Origin: an uncultured Chloroflexia bacterium
GTDB taxonomy: Bacteria; Chloroflexota; Limnocylindria; Limnocylindrales; CSP1-4
Assembly (NCBI GenBank): GCA_963713975.1
Contig: OY970218.1
Location: 576,001 to 640,000, forward strand
Length of the DNA: 64,000 nucleotides
Reading direction: 5' to 3'
Both the position numbers and the translations under genes were made by a program. Positions 16,803 to 25,775 of this stretch are shown here, one piece after another (positions within the stretch are counted from its first letter, which is position 1; every line of letters begins with the position of its first letter). The notes below the pieces were generated by a model. It was given only the letters and a program-made list of their open reading frames with translations. It was not told the origin of the DNA and made no database searches.

Positions 16803-18076
16803 AGGTCGGGGCAGCAAAGGTCGACATCACCCCGCCGCTGGGCTACCGGATGGACGGGTTCGAGTCGCGCACGAGCGGCGCCACCGGGATCCACGATCCA
16901 CTCCACGCCCGGGCGCTCGTTGCGGAGGGCGACGACGGGACGACCGTGGCGCTGATGGTCGCGGACCTGCTGCAGGTGGAGCTGCGGCTCCAGGAGCAGG
17001 TCGCCGCGGAGGTCCTGGAGCGGACCGGCATTCCGCGGGATCGCCTCCAGCTTGCCGGCACGCACACCCACAGCGGACCCGCGCAGCGGGAGCCGTCGGA
17101 CGTGGAGCGTGCCATCGGCAACCGGATCGCCGACGCCGTGGTGCAAGCGTGGGACGCGAGGCGCGAAGCGGTTGCCGCGATCGGGATCGGGCACGTTGAC
17201 GGAATCGCCGGCAACCGTCGGCCGAACGGCGGGCCCGTAGATGATCGTGTGACGGTGACTCGCTTCGACGGGATCGACGGGGAGCCCATCGCCACCCACG
17301 TCAACTACGGCTGCCACGCCACAACCCTTGGACCCAACAACACGCTCTACACCGCGGACTACCCAGGCGTCCTGTGTCGCCTGGTCGACGAGGCTGCGGG
17401 CGGGGTGACGATCTTCACGACCGGCCCGCAAGGCGACGTGAACCCAGGGGGCTACTCCCCCGAGGGAAGCATGGTCGGGGTCGTCGTGCCGTGGCGGACA
17501 TTCGAGTCCGCCGAGCGTTACGGGCACATCCTGGCCGATTGCACGCTCGCGATCCGGGAGAGCCTCACACCCGCGTCCTCCTCCCGGGTGTGGGGAACCT
17601 CCCGGATCGTCGAGCTCCTGCGCAAGCGTCTGCCGGATCCCGTCGTCGCGCGGCGTGCAGCCACCCTCGCCCGTGACGCGGAGCGGGCCGTCTCAGCGGC
17701 GGACCTCACCGCGGACGCTACCTACCATGCGCTCGTTGCCGCGGCGTACGCGGAACTGGTTGCGGAGCAGGCCGAGGCCCCGGATCGCGACGGCCCGGTA
17801 CGGGTGCGGGCGAGTGCGCTCGCCCTGGGGCCGCTGCTGCACCTTGGAGTGTCCGGCGAGCTGTTCGTTGCCCTGGGCCAGGAAGCGCGGCAGGCGCTCG
17901 GTGCGGACAGCACGTGTATCGCCGCATTGTGCGACGGCACGGTGGGCTACATCCCGACAGCCGAGGCATTCGAGATTGGAGCCTACGAGCCGAACGCAAG
18001 CGTCCTGCAGCCAGGAGAAGGGGAGCGCCTGATCCGGGCGCTGATCGAGCTTGCCTCGGCGGCACCGCCCGCCTGA
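16799..18076 (+). CDS. Neutral/alkaline ceramidase N-terminal-like amidohydrolase
   Basis: VG.AKVDITPP, GIHDPLHARAL, AGTHTHSGP, NYGCHAT, ADYPG, G.QGDVNP, GYIPT...GAYE. Confidence 0.8.
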   Translation: MKVGAAKVDITPPLGYRMDGFESRTSGATGIHDPLHARALVAEGDDGTTVALMVADLLQVELRLQEQVAAEVLERTGIPRDRLQLAGTHTHSGPAQREPSDVERAIGNRIADAVVQAWDARREAVAAIGIGHVDGIAGNRRPNGGPVDDRVTVTRFDGIDGEPIATHVNYGCHATTLGPNNTLYTADYPGVLCRLVDEAAGGVTIFTTGPQGDVNPGGYSPEGSMVGVVVPWRTFESAERYGHILADCTLAIRESLTPASSSRVWGTSRIVELLRKRLPDPVVARRAATLARDAERAVSAADLTADATYHALVAAAYAELVAEQAEAPDRDGPVRVRASALALGPLLHLGVSGELFVALGQEARQALGADSTCIAALCDGTVGYIPTAEAFEIGAYEPNASVLQPGEGERLIRALIELASAAPPA

Positions 18077-18139
18077 AGAGCTCCACCATCGAGGCCACGT
18101 GATCCGTCCACCTGCGTTCCGCCATTCGGGAGACATCAG

Positions 18140-18898
18140 ATGACCGCCCCGATCCACGCCACCTACCTCGACCGGGCCATGGAGCTGCTCGCGCGTATCC
18201 GCGATGAGGAGGGTGAAGCGATCGCGCGAGCCGGCTTGGCCGTCGCGGATCGCATCGCCGAAGACCGCCTCATCTATGTGATCGGGCCCGGCGGCCATTC
18301 GCAAATCGGTGCGGAGGAGGTCTTCTCGCGCGCTGGCGGCCTGGCCTGCATCTGGTCGTTTCTCGACGACGGCTTCTACCTGGGTCACGGCGCCGCGCGG
18401 TCGATGGCCATCGAGCGCACGCCGGGCTACGCGCGCGCCATCCTGGATGGTGCGGGAATGAGCGACGGCGACATCCTGTTCATCGTCAACGCGTACGGCA
18501 TCAACTCGGCGACGATCGACAGCGCGATGTATGCCCGCGAGAAGGGGCTGACCAGCATCGCGGTCACCTCGGTCGCCAACCAGCGCGGTCTGCCACAGGG
18601 TCACCCGAGCCGCCACCCGAGCGGACAGGACCTGTGTGACCTTGCCAACATCGTCGTGGACACGAAGATGCCCTTGGGCGACGCGGTCATGGCCGTGGAT
18701 GGCGTCACCGAGAAGGTCGGCCCCGTCTCGACGATGGTCAACGCCTACGCGATCAACTCGATCATGCTGGAGGCAATCGCCGACCTCGCCCGTCGGGGGA
18801 TCGAGCCGCCGGTCTGGCGGAGCTCGAACAGCCCTGGTGGGGATGAGGCGAACCTCGCCGTGACCGCGCGGTATCGGCATCGCGTCCCGAACTTGTGA
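18140..18898 (+). CDS. SIS-domain sugar isomerase-like protein (UPF0309-like)
   Basis: G.GGHS...EE.F.RAGGL, ERTPGYA, SRHPSG..L.D.A..VVD...P.GDA, PPVW.S.N..GGDE.N. Confidence 0.85.
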   Translation: MTAPIHATYLDRAMELLARIRDEEGEAIARAGLAVADRIAEDRLIYVIGPGGHSQIGAEEVFSRAGGLACIWSFLDDGFYLGHGAARSMAIERTPGYARAILDGAGMSDGDILFIVNAYGINSATIDSAMYAREKGLTSIAVTSVANQRGLPQGHPSRHPSGQDLCDLANIVVDTKMPLGDAVMAVDGVTEKVGPVSTMVNAYAINSIMLEAIADLARRGIEPPVWRSSNSPGGDEANLAVTARYRHRVPNL

Positions 18899-18982
18899 GG
18901 CCCGGGTTACGACCGCAGCAGGCATCGGCGACAATGACCGTGATTCCCAACCGGGCAACCGTGCCTGCCGGCCGGAAGGGCC

Positions 18983-19021
18983 TTGCGTCCGGGATGTCCG
19001 ATGATCTACTGTCGGACAATC
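18983..19021 (+). promoter_or_regulatory. Promoter TTGCGT-N18-TACTGT with a putative GntR auto-operator
   Basis: TGTCCGATGATCTACTGTCGGACAATC (TGTCCGA-N10-TCGGACA inverted repeat) lies directly upstream of the GntR gene. Confidence 0.78.
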
Positions 19022-19047
19022 TCGTGCAGGAGGGGTCGGTCCGAGCC

Positions 19048-19830
19048 ATGAGCCTTCATCGTCCCCAGACACTAACGACTGTCGTCGCGCAGTTCATCAG
19101 GGACGCGATCGTCCACGGTGAGTTCGCGCCGGGATCGCGGCTCCCTGAGGTGGCGCTTGCGGCCCAGCTCGAGACCTCGCGCGGGACCGTCCGGGAGGCC
19201 CTCCGGACGCTTGCCGACGGCGGGCTCATCCAGATCATCCCCCGCCGGGGCGTGTTCGTCTCCCAGCTCTCGGTACGCGCGACCTGGGAGATCACGAGCC
19301 TGCGTGCTCTCCTGGAGCCCTACGCCTCACGACTGGCGCTGGAGGCAAGCGGCGCCGATCCGGCCATCGAGCGTGAGGTCCGGGCGGCATTCGAGGTCCT
19401 CAGGAAGGCCGTGCGTAGCAGGGATCCGCTGACGGTCGCCGACGCGGACGTCGCGTTCCACCGCTCGGTCTTCGCCCGTTGCGGACACGAGATGCTGCTC
19501 GGCCGGCTCGATACCTTGCAGGCGTTGTCGCGCCGGATCGTGCTGACCAACCAGATCGCCTCAGCCGATGCGCCAACCCTGATCGCCCAGCACGCCCCGA
19601 TCGTCGAGGCTGTCCAGCTCCGTGACCCGGAGCTCCTGGAGGCTGCGGTCCGCGCCCATGTGATCGAGGCCGGTGAGCTGCTCATGACACGGATGGCCGC
19701 ACTGGAACCGAACCGAGCGAAGCGCCCGCAGGCGACCACATTCGGGCTCGGCCGCTGGCCGTCGGGGGCGAGCCCGCATCCAAGACGATCGAACATGCAG
19801 ACCGGGCTCGGTTCCGACAATGGAGAGTAG
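19048..19830 (+). CDS. GntR-family (FCD domain) transcriptional regulator
   Basis: PG.RL.EV.LA..L.TSRGTVREAL..L...GLI...PRRGVFV winged helix, plus D..FH and H..IV FCD motifs. Confidence 0.92.
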   Translation: MSLHRPQTLTTVVAQFIRDAIVHGEFAPGSRLPEVALAAQLETSRGTVREALRTLADGGLIQIIPRRGVFVSQLSVRATWEITSLRALLEPYASRLALEASGADPAIEREVRAAFEVLRKAVRSRDPLTVADADVAFHRSVFARCGHEMLLGRLDTLQALSRRIVLTNQIASADAPTLIAQHAPIVEAVQLRDPELLEAAVRAHVIEAGELLMTRMAALEPNRAKRPQATTFGLGRWPSGASPHPRRSNMQTGLGSDNGE

Positions 19831-20039
19831 GAAGTCATCACACATCGGCTGGCCCGCCAGGCCGCGCGGGAGAGGTGACGCGGAGACCCGCGCGGCCGCT
19901 GTGGGCCATTTCCGGGGAGTCCGGCCCTCGTGGAAGCCGGCTCCAATATCCGAGCATCTGCCACGGAGCAAGGGAGACGAACGCCTCTGAGAGTGCTGGC
20001 TCCGCGTCATCGATCGTCATCCGAACCTGGAGGAGGAAC

Positions 20040-21425
20040 ATGGCAAGCTCTCGGCTACTGACCAAGGCAATCGTGCTGTCCGCGGGACTCGCGATCGCAT
20101 TTGCAGCCTGCGGCTCGAGCTCGGCGACCACCGCGCCGGCCACCCAGGCCGCCGGCGCCACAACGGCCCCGGTCGAATCTGCCGCCACCGCTGACGCGTG
20201 CGGGACCGATCCCGTCACGCTGAACGTATGGGGAGGCTATCCCGAGGTCGACGACGTCTACAAGCAGGCCGGCGCAGCCTTCAAGGAGGCACATCCCAAC
20301 GTTGACTTCACGGTCTTCAGCACCGACCTCCGCGGCTTCGAGCAGAAGCTGACCACCGCGCTCCCCTCCAAGACGGCAGGCGACGTCGTCGTCCGGACGA
20401 CGAACTTCCTCGCCCGCTTCATCGATGAAGGCCTGCTCCAGCCGGTCCCCGACGACCTGAAGGGCGAGATCACCGGAGGTGGCTACGCGCCCGAAGTCGT
20501 CCAGGACAACACCTACTCCGACAACATCTGGGGCATGCCGCTGTTCACCGGCGGAACGGCCGTCTACTACAACACCGACATGTACACGGAAGCGGGCCTC
20601 TCCGGTCCCCCGATGACGATGGACGATCTCAAGTCCAACGCATACAAGCTGGCCAAGACGGACGCGAACGGCAACCTGACCCGGTCGGGCTGGAGCCTCC
20701 GGCTGTCAGGTCAGGGCAGTGGCGTTGCAGAGAAGTTCTGGATCCTCCTGCTCCAGGACGGCAAGACACTCATCCGCGAGACCCCGGAGGGGTCCGGCAA
20801 CTGGGTTGCCGAGTACAACGGCCCGGAGGGCGCGAAGCTCCTCCAGATGTACGTCGATATGCTGAAGGACAACGTCCTGTCCTTGGAGATCGATGGTGAT
20901 GCCAAGGCGTTCGAGACCGAGCAGACCGCGCAGTTCCTGCGCGAGTCCTGGGTGGTCCCCGAGATCGCCGCGACGGTCCCGGATCTGGTCGGCCACTACG
21001 CGACCGTGGCACCGCCTGCTGCGGACATCCTGACGGTCGAATCAATGTTCGTGCCGGACGCATCGCCGAACGCCGCCTGCGCGTGGGAGTTCATCCGATT
21101 CATGCGCGAACAGGACCAGCAGATCAACCTGCTGAAGGTGTCCGGCTGGCTGCCGGCCCGCGGCGACCTCGACCTGGCCGCCTTCCTGGCGGAGAACCCG
21201 ACCTACGAAGGCTTCCTCAAGCGGCCGGACGGCTTCCAGCTGACGACCACACCGCCGATCGCCGAGTTCGACGAGATCGAGACCAAGCTCGCGACGCACC
21301 TGGTCGAGGCCTACGCCGACTTTGCCAACCTTGCCGGGCAGCCCGACAAGATCCAGGCCCTGCTCAACACCTGGGCCGATGAGACCAACCAGATCCTGAA
21401 GGACAACGGCCACTTCGGCGGCTGA
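20040..21425 (+). CDS. Sugar ABC transporter substrate-binding lipoprotein (CUT1)
   Basis: Lipobox FAAC, FKEAHPNV, YYNTDMY.EAGL, AWEFIRFM. GGAGGAGG Shine-Dalgarno. Confidence 0.93.
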   Translation: MASSRLLTKAIVLSAGLAIAFAACGSSSATTAPATQAAGATTAPVESAATADACGTDPVTLNVWGGYPEVDDVYKQAGAAFKEAHPNVDFTVFSTDLRGFEQKLTTALPSKTAGDVVVRTTNFLARFIDEGLLQPVPDDLKGEITGGGYAPEVVQDNTYSDNIWGMPLFTGGTAVYYNTDMYTEAGLSGPPMTMDDLKSNAYKLAKTDANGNLTRSGWSLRLSGQGSGVAEKFWILLLQDGKTLIRETPEGSGNWVAEYNGPEGAKLLQMYVDMLKDNVLSLEIDGDAKAFETEQTAQFLRESWVVPEIAATVPDLVGHYATVAPPAADILTVESMFVPDASPNAACAWEFIRFMREQDQQINLLKVSGWLPARGDLDLAAFLAENPTYEGFLKRPDGFQLTTTPPIAEFDEIETKLATHLVEAYADFANLAGQPDKIQALLNTWADETNQILKDNGHFGG

Positions 21426-21438
21426 TCCAAGTAGCATT

Positions 21439-21471
21439 GTGGGCGCCGACGGCACGGGCCGCGGCGCCCAC
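21439..21471 (+). other. GC-rich stem-loop after the binding-protein gene (mRNA stabiliser or partial terminator)
   Basis: Arms GTGGGCGCCG and CGGCGCCCAC with an inner CGGC/GCCG pair. Confidence 0.6.
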
Positions 21472-21509
21472 GCGCATCCCCGGCACCCGATCCAGGAAGG
21501 GTCGATGGA

Positions 21510-22430
21510 TTGAACAGTCCCTTGGCAGCCGTGCGCAACATCCCGAGGCGGCGGTGGGTCCGCTACCGCTTCGTGCTCATCGTGCTCGCGCCCGTGATGG
21601 CGCTGTTCTTCTACCTGCGCGTCATCCCGACCGGGCAGGCGATGCTGATGAGCCTGTTCGACTGGGAGCTCATCAAGCCTGCCGAGAAGTTCGTCGGGCT
21701 CGACAACTATGTGAACCTGCTGTCCGACGACAACTTCAGGCTGGCGTTCACGAACACGACCATCTTTGCCGTGGCGACCACCGTGTTCTCGGTGCTGATC
21801 GCCCTGTTGCTCGCCGCATTGCTGTCACGGTTCGTGACCGGCCGGCTCGGCGGCTTCCTCGAGCTGTTGTACTTCGCCCCGGTGCTCGTGCCGATGGTGC
21901 CGGTCACGCTCGGGTGGCGCGAGATCTTCAACTACCAGCACGGGATCCTGAACTCGGCGCTTGAGGTCTTCGGGATCGGCAAGCAGCCGTGGCTCAGTGA
22001 CCCCACGATGGCTCTCGTCGCGGTCGTGATCCTGTCGGTCTGGAAACAGGTCGGGTACAACATGATCATCCTGCTGGTGGGGATGCGGGCAATCCCGGTG
22101 ATCTACCACGAGGCGGCAGCCGTTGACGGTGCGAACGCGTGGCAGCAGTTTCGGCGGATCACACTGCCCCTGCTGGCGCCCGTCACGCTGTTTGTGGTCG
22201 TGATCACGACCATCTCGGCGTACAACGTGTTCACCCAGGTCTACGTGCTGGCGTCCGATGTCCAGGGGGCACCCGGCCGTCTCGTGCGCGTGCTCGTGTA
22301 CGACATCTTCGAGAACGGGTTCAGGTTCTTCAATATGGGCTACGCAGCGGCAGAGGCCATGTACCTGTTCATCATCATCCTCGCCCTGACGATCATCCAG
22401 TTCCGGTTCCTGCGGGGGTCCAACCCGTGA
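21510..22430 (+). CDS. Sugar ABC transporter permease
   Basis: FVGLDNY, WKQVGYNMIILL, EAAAVDGA..WQQF..ITLPLL EAA loop. Confidence 0.95.
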   Translation: MNSPLAAVRNIPRRRWVRYRFVLIVLAPVMALFFYLRVIPTGQAMLMSLFDWELIKPAEKFVGLDNYVNLLSDDNFRLAFTNTTIFAVATTVFSVLIALLLAALLSRFVTGRLGGFLELLYFAPVLVPMVPVTLGWREIFNYQHGILNSALEVFGIGKQPWLSDPTMALVAVVILSVWKQVGYNMIILLVGMRAIPVIYHEAAAVDGANAWQQFRRITLPLLAPVTLFVVVITTISAYNVFTQVYVLASDVQGAPGRLVRVLVYDIFENGFRFFNMGYAAAEAMYLFIIILALTIIQFRFLRGSNP

Positions 22431-23272
22431 TCTCATCTCGGCGCACGCTCGTCGGCAAGATCTCGTACTGGATCGTCGTCGCCCTGCTGTTCGCTGGCGG
22501 CCTGCTCATGGTGTTCCCGCTGTTCTGGTTGTTCAGCACATCGTTCCGTCCGGCAACTGAGCTGCTCAAGGTGCCACCGTCGCTGCTCCCCGAGGTTTGG
22601 ACGATCGCGAATTTCGAGAAGGTCTTCGCGACGGCCCCCGTGATGTCGTACCTGTGGAACAGCGTCGTGTTCGCCGTCATCTCCACGGTGTTCATCCTCG
22701 TGACGTCGACGATGGCGGGCTACATCTTCGCGAAGTTCAAGTTCCCCGGGAACAACGTCCTGTTCATGCTCGTGATCGCGACGGCGATCGTGCCGTTCGA
22801 GATCTACATGGTCCCGCTGTTCCTCCAGATGAACACCCTGGGCCTCGTGAACACGCCGATCGGCCTGTTCCTGCCGTTCCTCGTGCTCAGCTACGGGATC
22901 TTCTTCATGCGTCAGAACACGATCACGAGCGTGCCCGACGAGCTCCTCGACGCCGCCCGTATCGACGGCATGGGTGAGTTCTCCATCATGCTCAGGCTCG
23001 TACCCAGGCTGCTGGCGCCGGCGATGGCCGCACTTGCGATCCTCGCCTTCATCCAGGCATGGACCGCGTTCATCTGGCCGCTGCTCATCCTCAACGAGCC
23101 GAAATACTTCCCGATGGAGCTCGGGCTGTCGCAGTTCGCGAACAGCACCCGGGTCGACTTCGGCGCGGTCGCGGCAGCGGCCGTCTTCGCGATGCTGCCG
23201 ACCCTCCTCGCGTTCCTGATCCTGCGGCGCCGGATCGTCGAGGGCATCACGCTCACGGGGCTCAAGGGCTGA
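22427..23272 (+). CDS. Sugar ABC transporter permease
   Basis: AGY.FAK..FPG, FFMRQ....VPDELLDAARIDG, GITLTGLKG. GTGA overlap. Confidence 0.95.
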   Translation: MISSRRTLVGKISYWIVVALLFAGGLLMVFPLFWLFSTSFRPATELLKVPPSLLPEVWTIANFEKVFATAPVMSYLWNSVVFAVISTVFILVTSTMAGYIFAKFKFPGNNVLFMLVIATAIVPFEIYMVPLFLQMNTLGLVNTPIGLFLPFLVLSYGIFFMRQNTITSVPDELLDAARIDGMGEFSIMLRLVPRLLAPAMAALAILAFIQAWTAFIWPLLILNEPKYFPMELGLSQFANSTRVDFGAVAAAAVFAMLPTLLAFLILRRRIVEGITLTGLKG

Positions 23273-23300
23273 CCGCGAACCCCCGGAAAGGCCTCATTCA

Positions 23301-24518
23301 ATGACATCGATGCTGACCACACACGTGGACCCGTCCGACGCGCCTGCCGGGCTCTCGCTGCTGGGTCGATCAACGGAGGACGGGGGGGCCGTCCGGGTGA
23401 CGGTGGCGGGCGGCCTTGTCACCAGGATCGAGCGCGTCGCGGAAGACCCGGGTGGCACCTGGATCTCCCCGGGCTGGATCGACATCCAGATCAACGGCTA
23501 TGCCGGGCACGACCCGAATGACGCAGCTGCGGACGCATCAACCTCCGCGGCCATGGTCCGCGCCCTGTGGCCCGAGGGGATCACCGGATCGTGCATCACG
23601 ATCTGCACTGAGTCCGAGGAGCACATCAAGGACAACCTTCGCGCCATCGTGGCGGCCTGCGATGCCGACCCGATCATCGCTGAGTCCGTGGTCGGGATCC
23701 ACGTGGAGGGCCCACACATCGCGACCGAGGACGGGCCGCGCGGGGCCCACCCGCTGCGCCACGTGCGCCCGCCGGATATCGCGGAGTACCGGCGGTGGCA
23801 GGAGGCCGCCAACGGCCGGGTCCGGATCACCACGCTCTCGCCCGAGTACGAGGGAGCAGCCCCCTACATCCGGGCAGTCGCCGCCGACGGCGTCCTGGTC
23901 TCGATCGGGCACACCACGGCGACGGGTGACCAGATCCGGGCTGCCGTCGATGCCGGGGCCAGGTGGTCGACCCACCTTGGGAACGGCGCCCATGCCGTGA
24001 TCCGGCGCCACCCTAACTACATCTGGGACCAGCTTGCCGAGGACCGGTTGAGTGCGGGCTTCATCTTCGACGGCCACCACCTGCCGCCCGCGGTCATGAA
24101 GACCGTCCTGCGCGCCAAGGGCGTCGAACGCACCGTCCTCGTCAGCGATGCGGTCTCGATGGCCGGCCTGCCACCCGGACGCTACACGCTGTTCGACGGT
24201 GGCGATGTGGAGCTGCAGCCCGACGGCCGCCTGGAGCTGGTCGGGACGCCGCTTCTCGCGGGAGCTGTCACGGCCCTTCCAACGTGCGTCGCGAATGCGG
24301 TCCGCCATGCCGGGGCGACACTGTCTGACGCGGTGCGGATGGTGACCGCGAACCCTTCCCGCCTGCTCGGCCTGCCGATCACGGCCGGCCACGAGAGCCT
24401 TCGGACCGGCGTCGCCGCCAACCTGACGATGTTCCGCCGAGCCGAGACCACTGGTGCTATCGAGATCGTCAGGACAATTGTTGGCGGGACGGTGGTGTTC
24501 GAGTCGCCGGCCCGTTGA
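23301..24518 (+). CDS. NagA-like N-acetyl-amino-sugar deacetylase (amidohydrolase)
   Basis: PGWIDIQINGYAG, GIHVEGP, RGAHP, SIGHT, THLGNG, DGHHL, LVSDA, LAGA. Confidence 0.9.
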   Translation: MTSMLTTHVDPSDAPAGLSLLGRSTEDGGAVRVTVAGGLVTRIERVAEDPGGTWISPGWIDIQINGYAGHDPNDAAADASTSAAMVRALWPEGITGSCITICTESEEHIKDNLRAIVAACDADPIIAESVVGIHVEGPHIATEDGPRGAHPLRHVRPPDIAEYRRWQEAANGRVRITTLSPEYEGAAPYIRAVAADGVLVSIGHTTATGDQIRAAVDAGARWSTHLGNGAHAVIRRHPNYIWDQLAEDRLSAGFIFDGHHLPPAVMKTVLRAKGVERTVLVSDAVSMAGLPPGRYTLFDGGDVELQPDGRLELVGTPLLAGAVTALPTCVANAVRHAGATLSDAVRMVTANPSRLLGLPITAGHESLRTGVAANLTMFRRAETTGAIEIVRTIVGGTVVFESPAR

Positions 24519-24559
24519 CCCCGGCGATCCCGGACCCCTTCTGTTCGACGTCTCGCACG

Positions 24560-25642
24560 TCAGCGCTGGATGCGCGCCGATCCGCCGGCGGCGAGCGCGC
24601 GGACCTGCTGCTCGGTCGCCATGGTGGTATCGCCCGGGAAGGTCGTGAGGAGCGCGCCCTGGGCCCAGCCGAGCCTCACTGCCTCGGCGGGGGTCTCGCC
24701 GGCCAGCAGCCCGTAGATGAACCCCGACGCGAAGCCGTCACCACCTCCGACGCGATCGTAGACGTCGAGCTCGCAGGTTGGGGCCACGACGCTGTCGCCC
24801 CCGATCCACGCGACCGCACTCCAGCCGTGGCGCGAAGCGGAGTGAACCTCACGAAGGGTCGTTGCGACGATCCTGAGTCGGGGATACTGCTCCGCCACGC
24901 GGTTCATGACGTCCAGGAAGGCTGCCGGATCCAAGGCGTCCCGGGATCGTACCTCCGGACCCTCGATCCCGAGCCCTGCCTGCACGTCCTCCTCGTTGCC
25001 GACCAGGACGTCCACGTGCTCGACGATCCGCCCGAGCACATCGCGCGCGCGATCCTCGCCACCGAAGGCGCGCCACAGCTTGGCGCGGAAGTTGAGATCG
25101 AACGACACGATCGCGCCGGCGGCCCTCGCCGCCTGCATCGCCTCGATGATCAACTCCGGCGTGGTGGGCGAGAGTGCGGCGAAGATGCCGCCACTGTGGA
25201 ACCAGCGGACTCCGGCACCAAAGATGGTCGCCCAGTCGAAGTCGCCCGGCGCAAGCCGTGCGGCGGCCTCGTTGGCGCGGTTGTAGAAGACGACGGGAGC
25301 GCGCATCCCGAAACCCCGGTCGCTGTACACCGACGCGATGTTGGGCCCGGTGACGCCATCGTGATCGAAGTGACGGTAGATCCCGGTGACACCCATCGAG
25401 CGGACACTCTGGGCAACGTGGTCACCGATCGGGTAGTCCACCATCGCGGTCGCGATGGCCGTCCGGAGATTGAAGGCGTCCGCCAGATTGGCAGCAACGT
25501 TGAACTCGCCGCCGGACACGTGGACCGCATACGACGTGGCCTTGCGGAACGGGATCAATCCCGGGTCGAGGCGGGTTACCACGGCCCCCAGGGCGAGCAG
25601 GTCGAACGCGCCATCAGCGCGGATGTTGAGTGGGTTCACCAT
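24560..25642 (-). CDS. kdgK: PfkB-family sugar kinase, 2-keto-3-deoxygluconate kinase-like
   Basis: GGEFNVA, YNRAN.A, FHSGGIFAALS, SFDLNFR.KLW, GNEED, DRVGGGDGFASG, T.PGD KdgK signature. Confidence 0.8.
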   Translation of the reverse strand: MVNPLNIRADGAFDLLALGAVVTRLDPGLIPFRKATSYAVHVSGGEFNVAANLADAFNLRTAIATAMVDYPIGDHVAQSVRSMGVTGIYRHFDHDGVTGPNIASVYSDRGFGMRAPVVFYNRANEAAARLAPGDFDWATIFGAGVRWFHSGGIFAALSPTTPELIIEAMQAARAAGAIVSFDLNFRAKLWRAFGGEDRARDVLGRIVEHVDVLVGNEEDVQAGLGIEGPEVRSRDALDPAAFLDVMNRVAEQYPRLRIVATTLREVHSASRHGWSAVAWIGGDSVVAPTCELDVYDRVGGGDGFASGFIYGLLAGETPAEAVRLGWAQGALLTTFPGDTTMATEQQVRALAAGGSARIQR

Positions 25643-25704
25643 CACGCCACCTCGCTGCGACGACCGGCCGCCGCCTCCGTGCACATCATCGCAGGAACCG
25701 GCGA

Positions 25705-25729
25705 AGATTGTCCGATTGACGGACAATCT
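25705..25729. promoter_or_regulatory. Perfect inverted repeat, putative GntR operator in the divergent kdgK/LamG intergenic region
   Basis: AGATTGTCCG-ATTGA-CGGACAATCT shares the GGACAATC half-site with the sites at 12877 and 18995. Confidence 0.75.
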
Positions 25730-25775
25730 GGCTCTCTTGTCATCGTGTTTCCGCCGCCCCGAGAGGAGTCGTCGC

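Noticed and set aside
14569-18898. AHBA/ansamycin or aminoglycoside biosynthetic cluster
   Set aside because: There is no PKS, aminoDAHP/aminoDHQ enzyme, glycosyltransferase, NDP-sugar enzyme or resistance gene. The importer, deacetylases and KdgK point to catabolism.
19860-19995. Glycine riboswitch (fragments CGGGAGAG, CGGAGCAA, GACGAACGCCTCTGAGAG)
   Set aside because: The conserved CUCUCAGG element and matching stems are missing, and the downstream gene is a sugar-binding protein.
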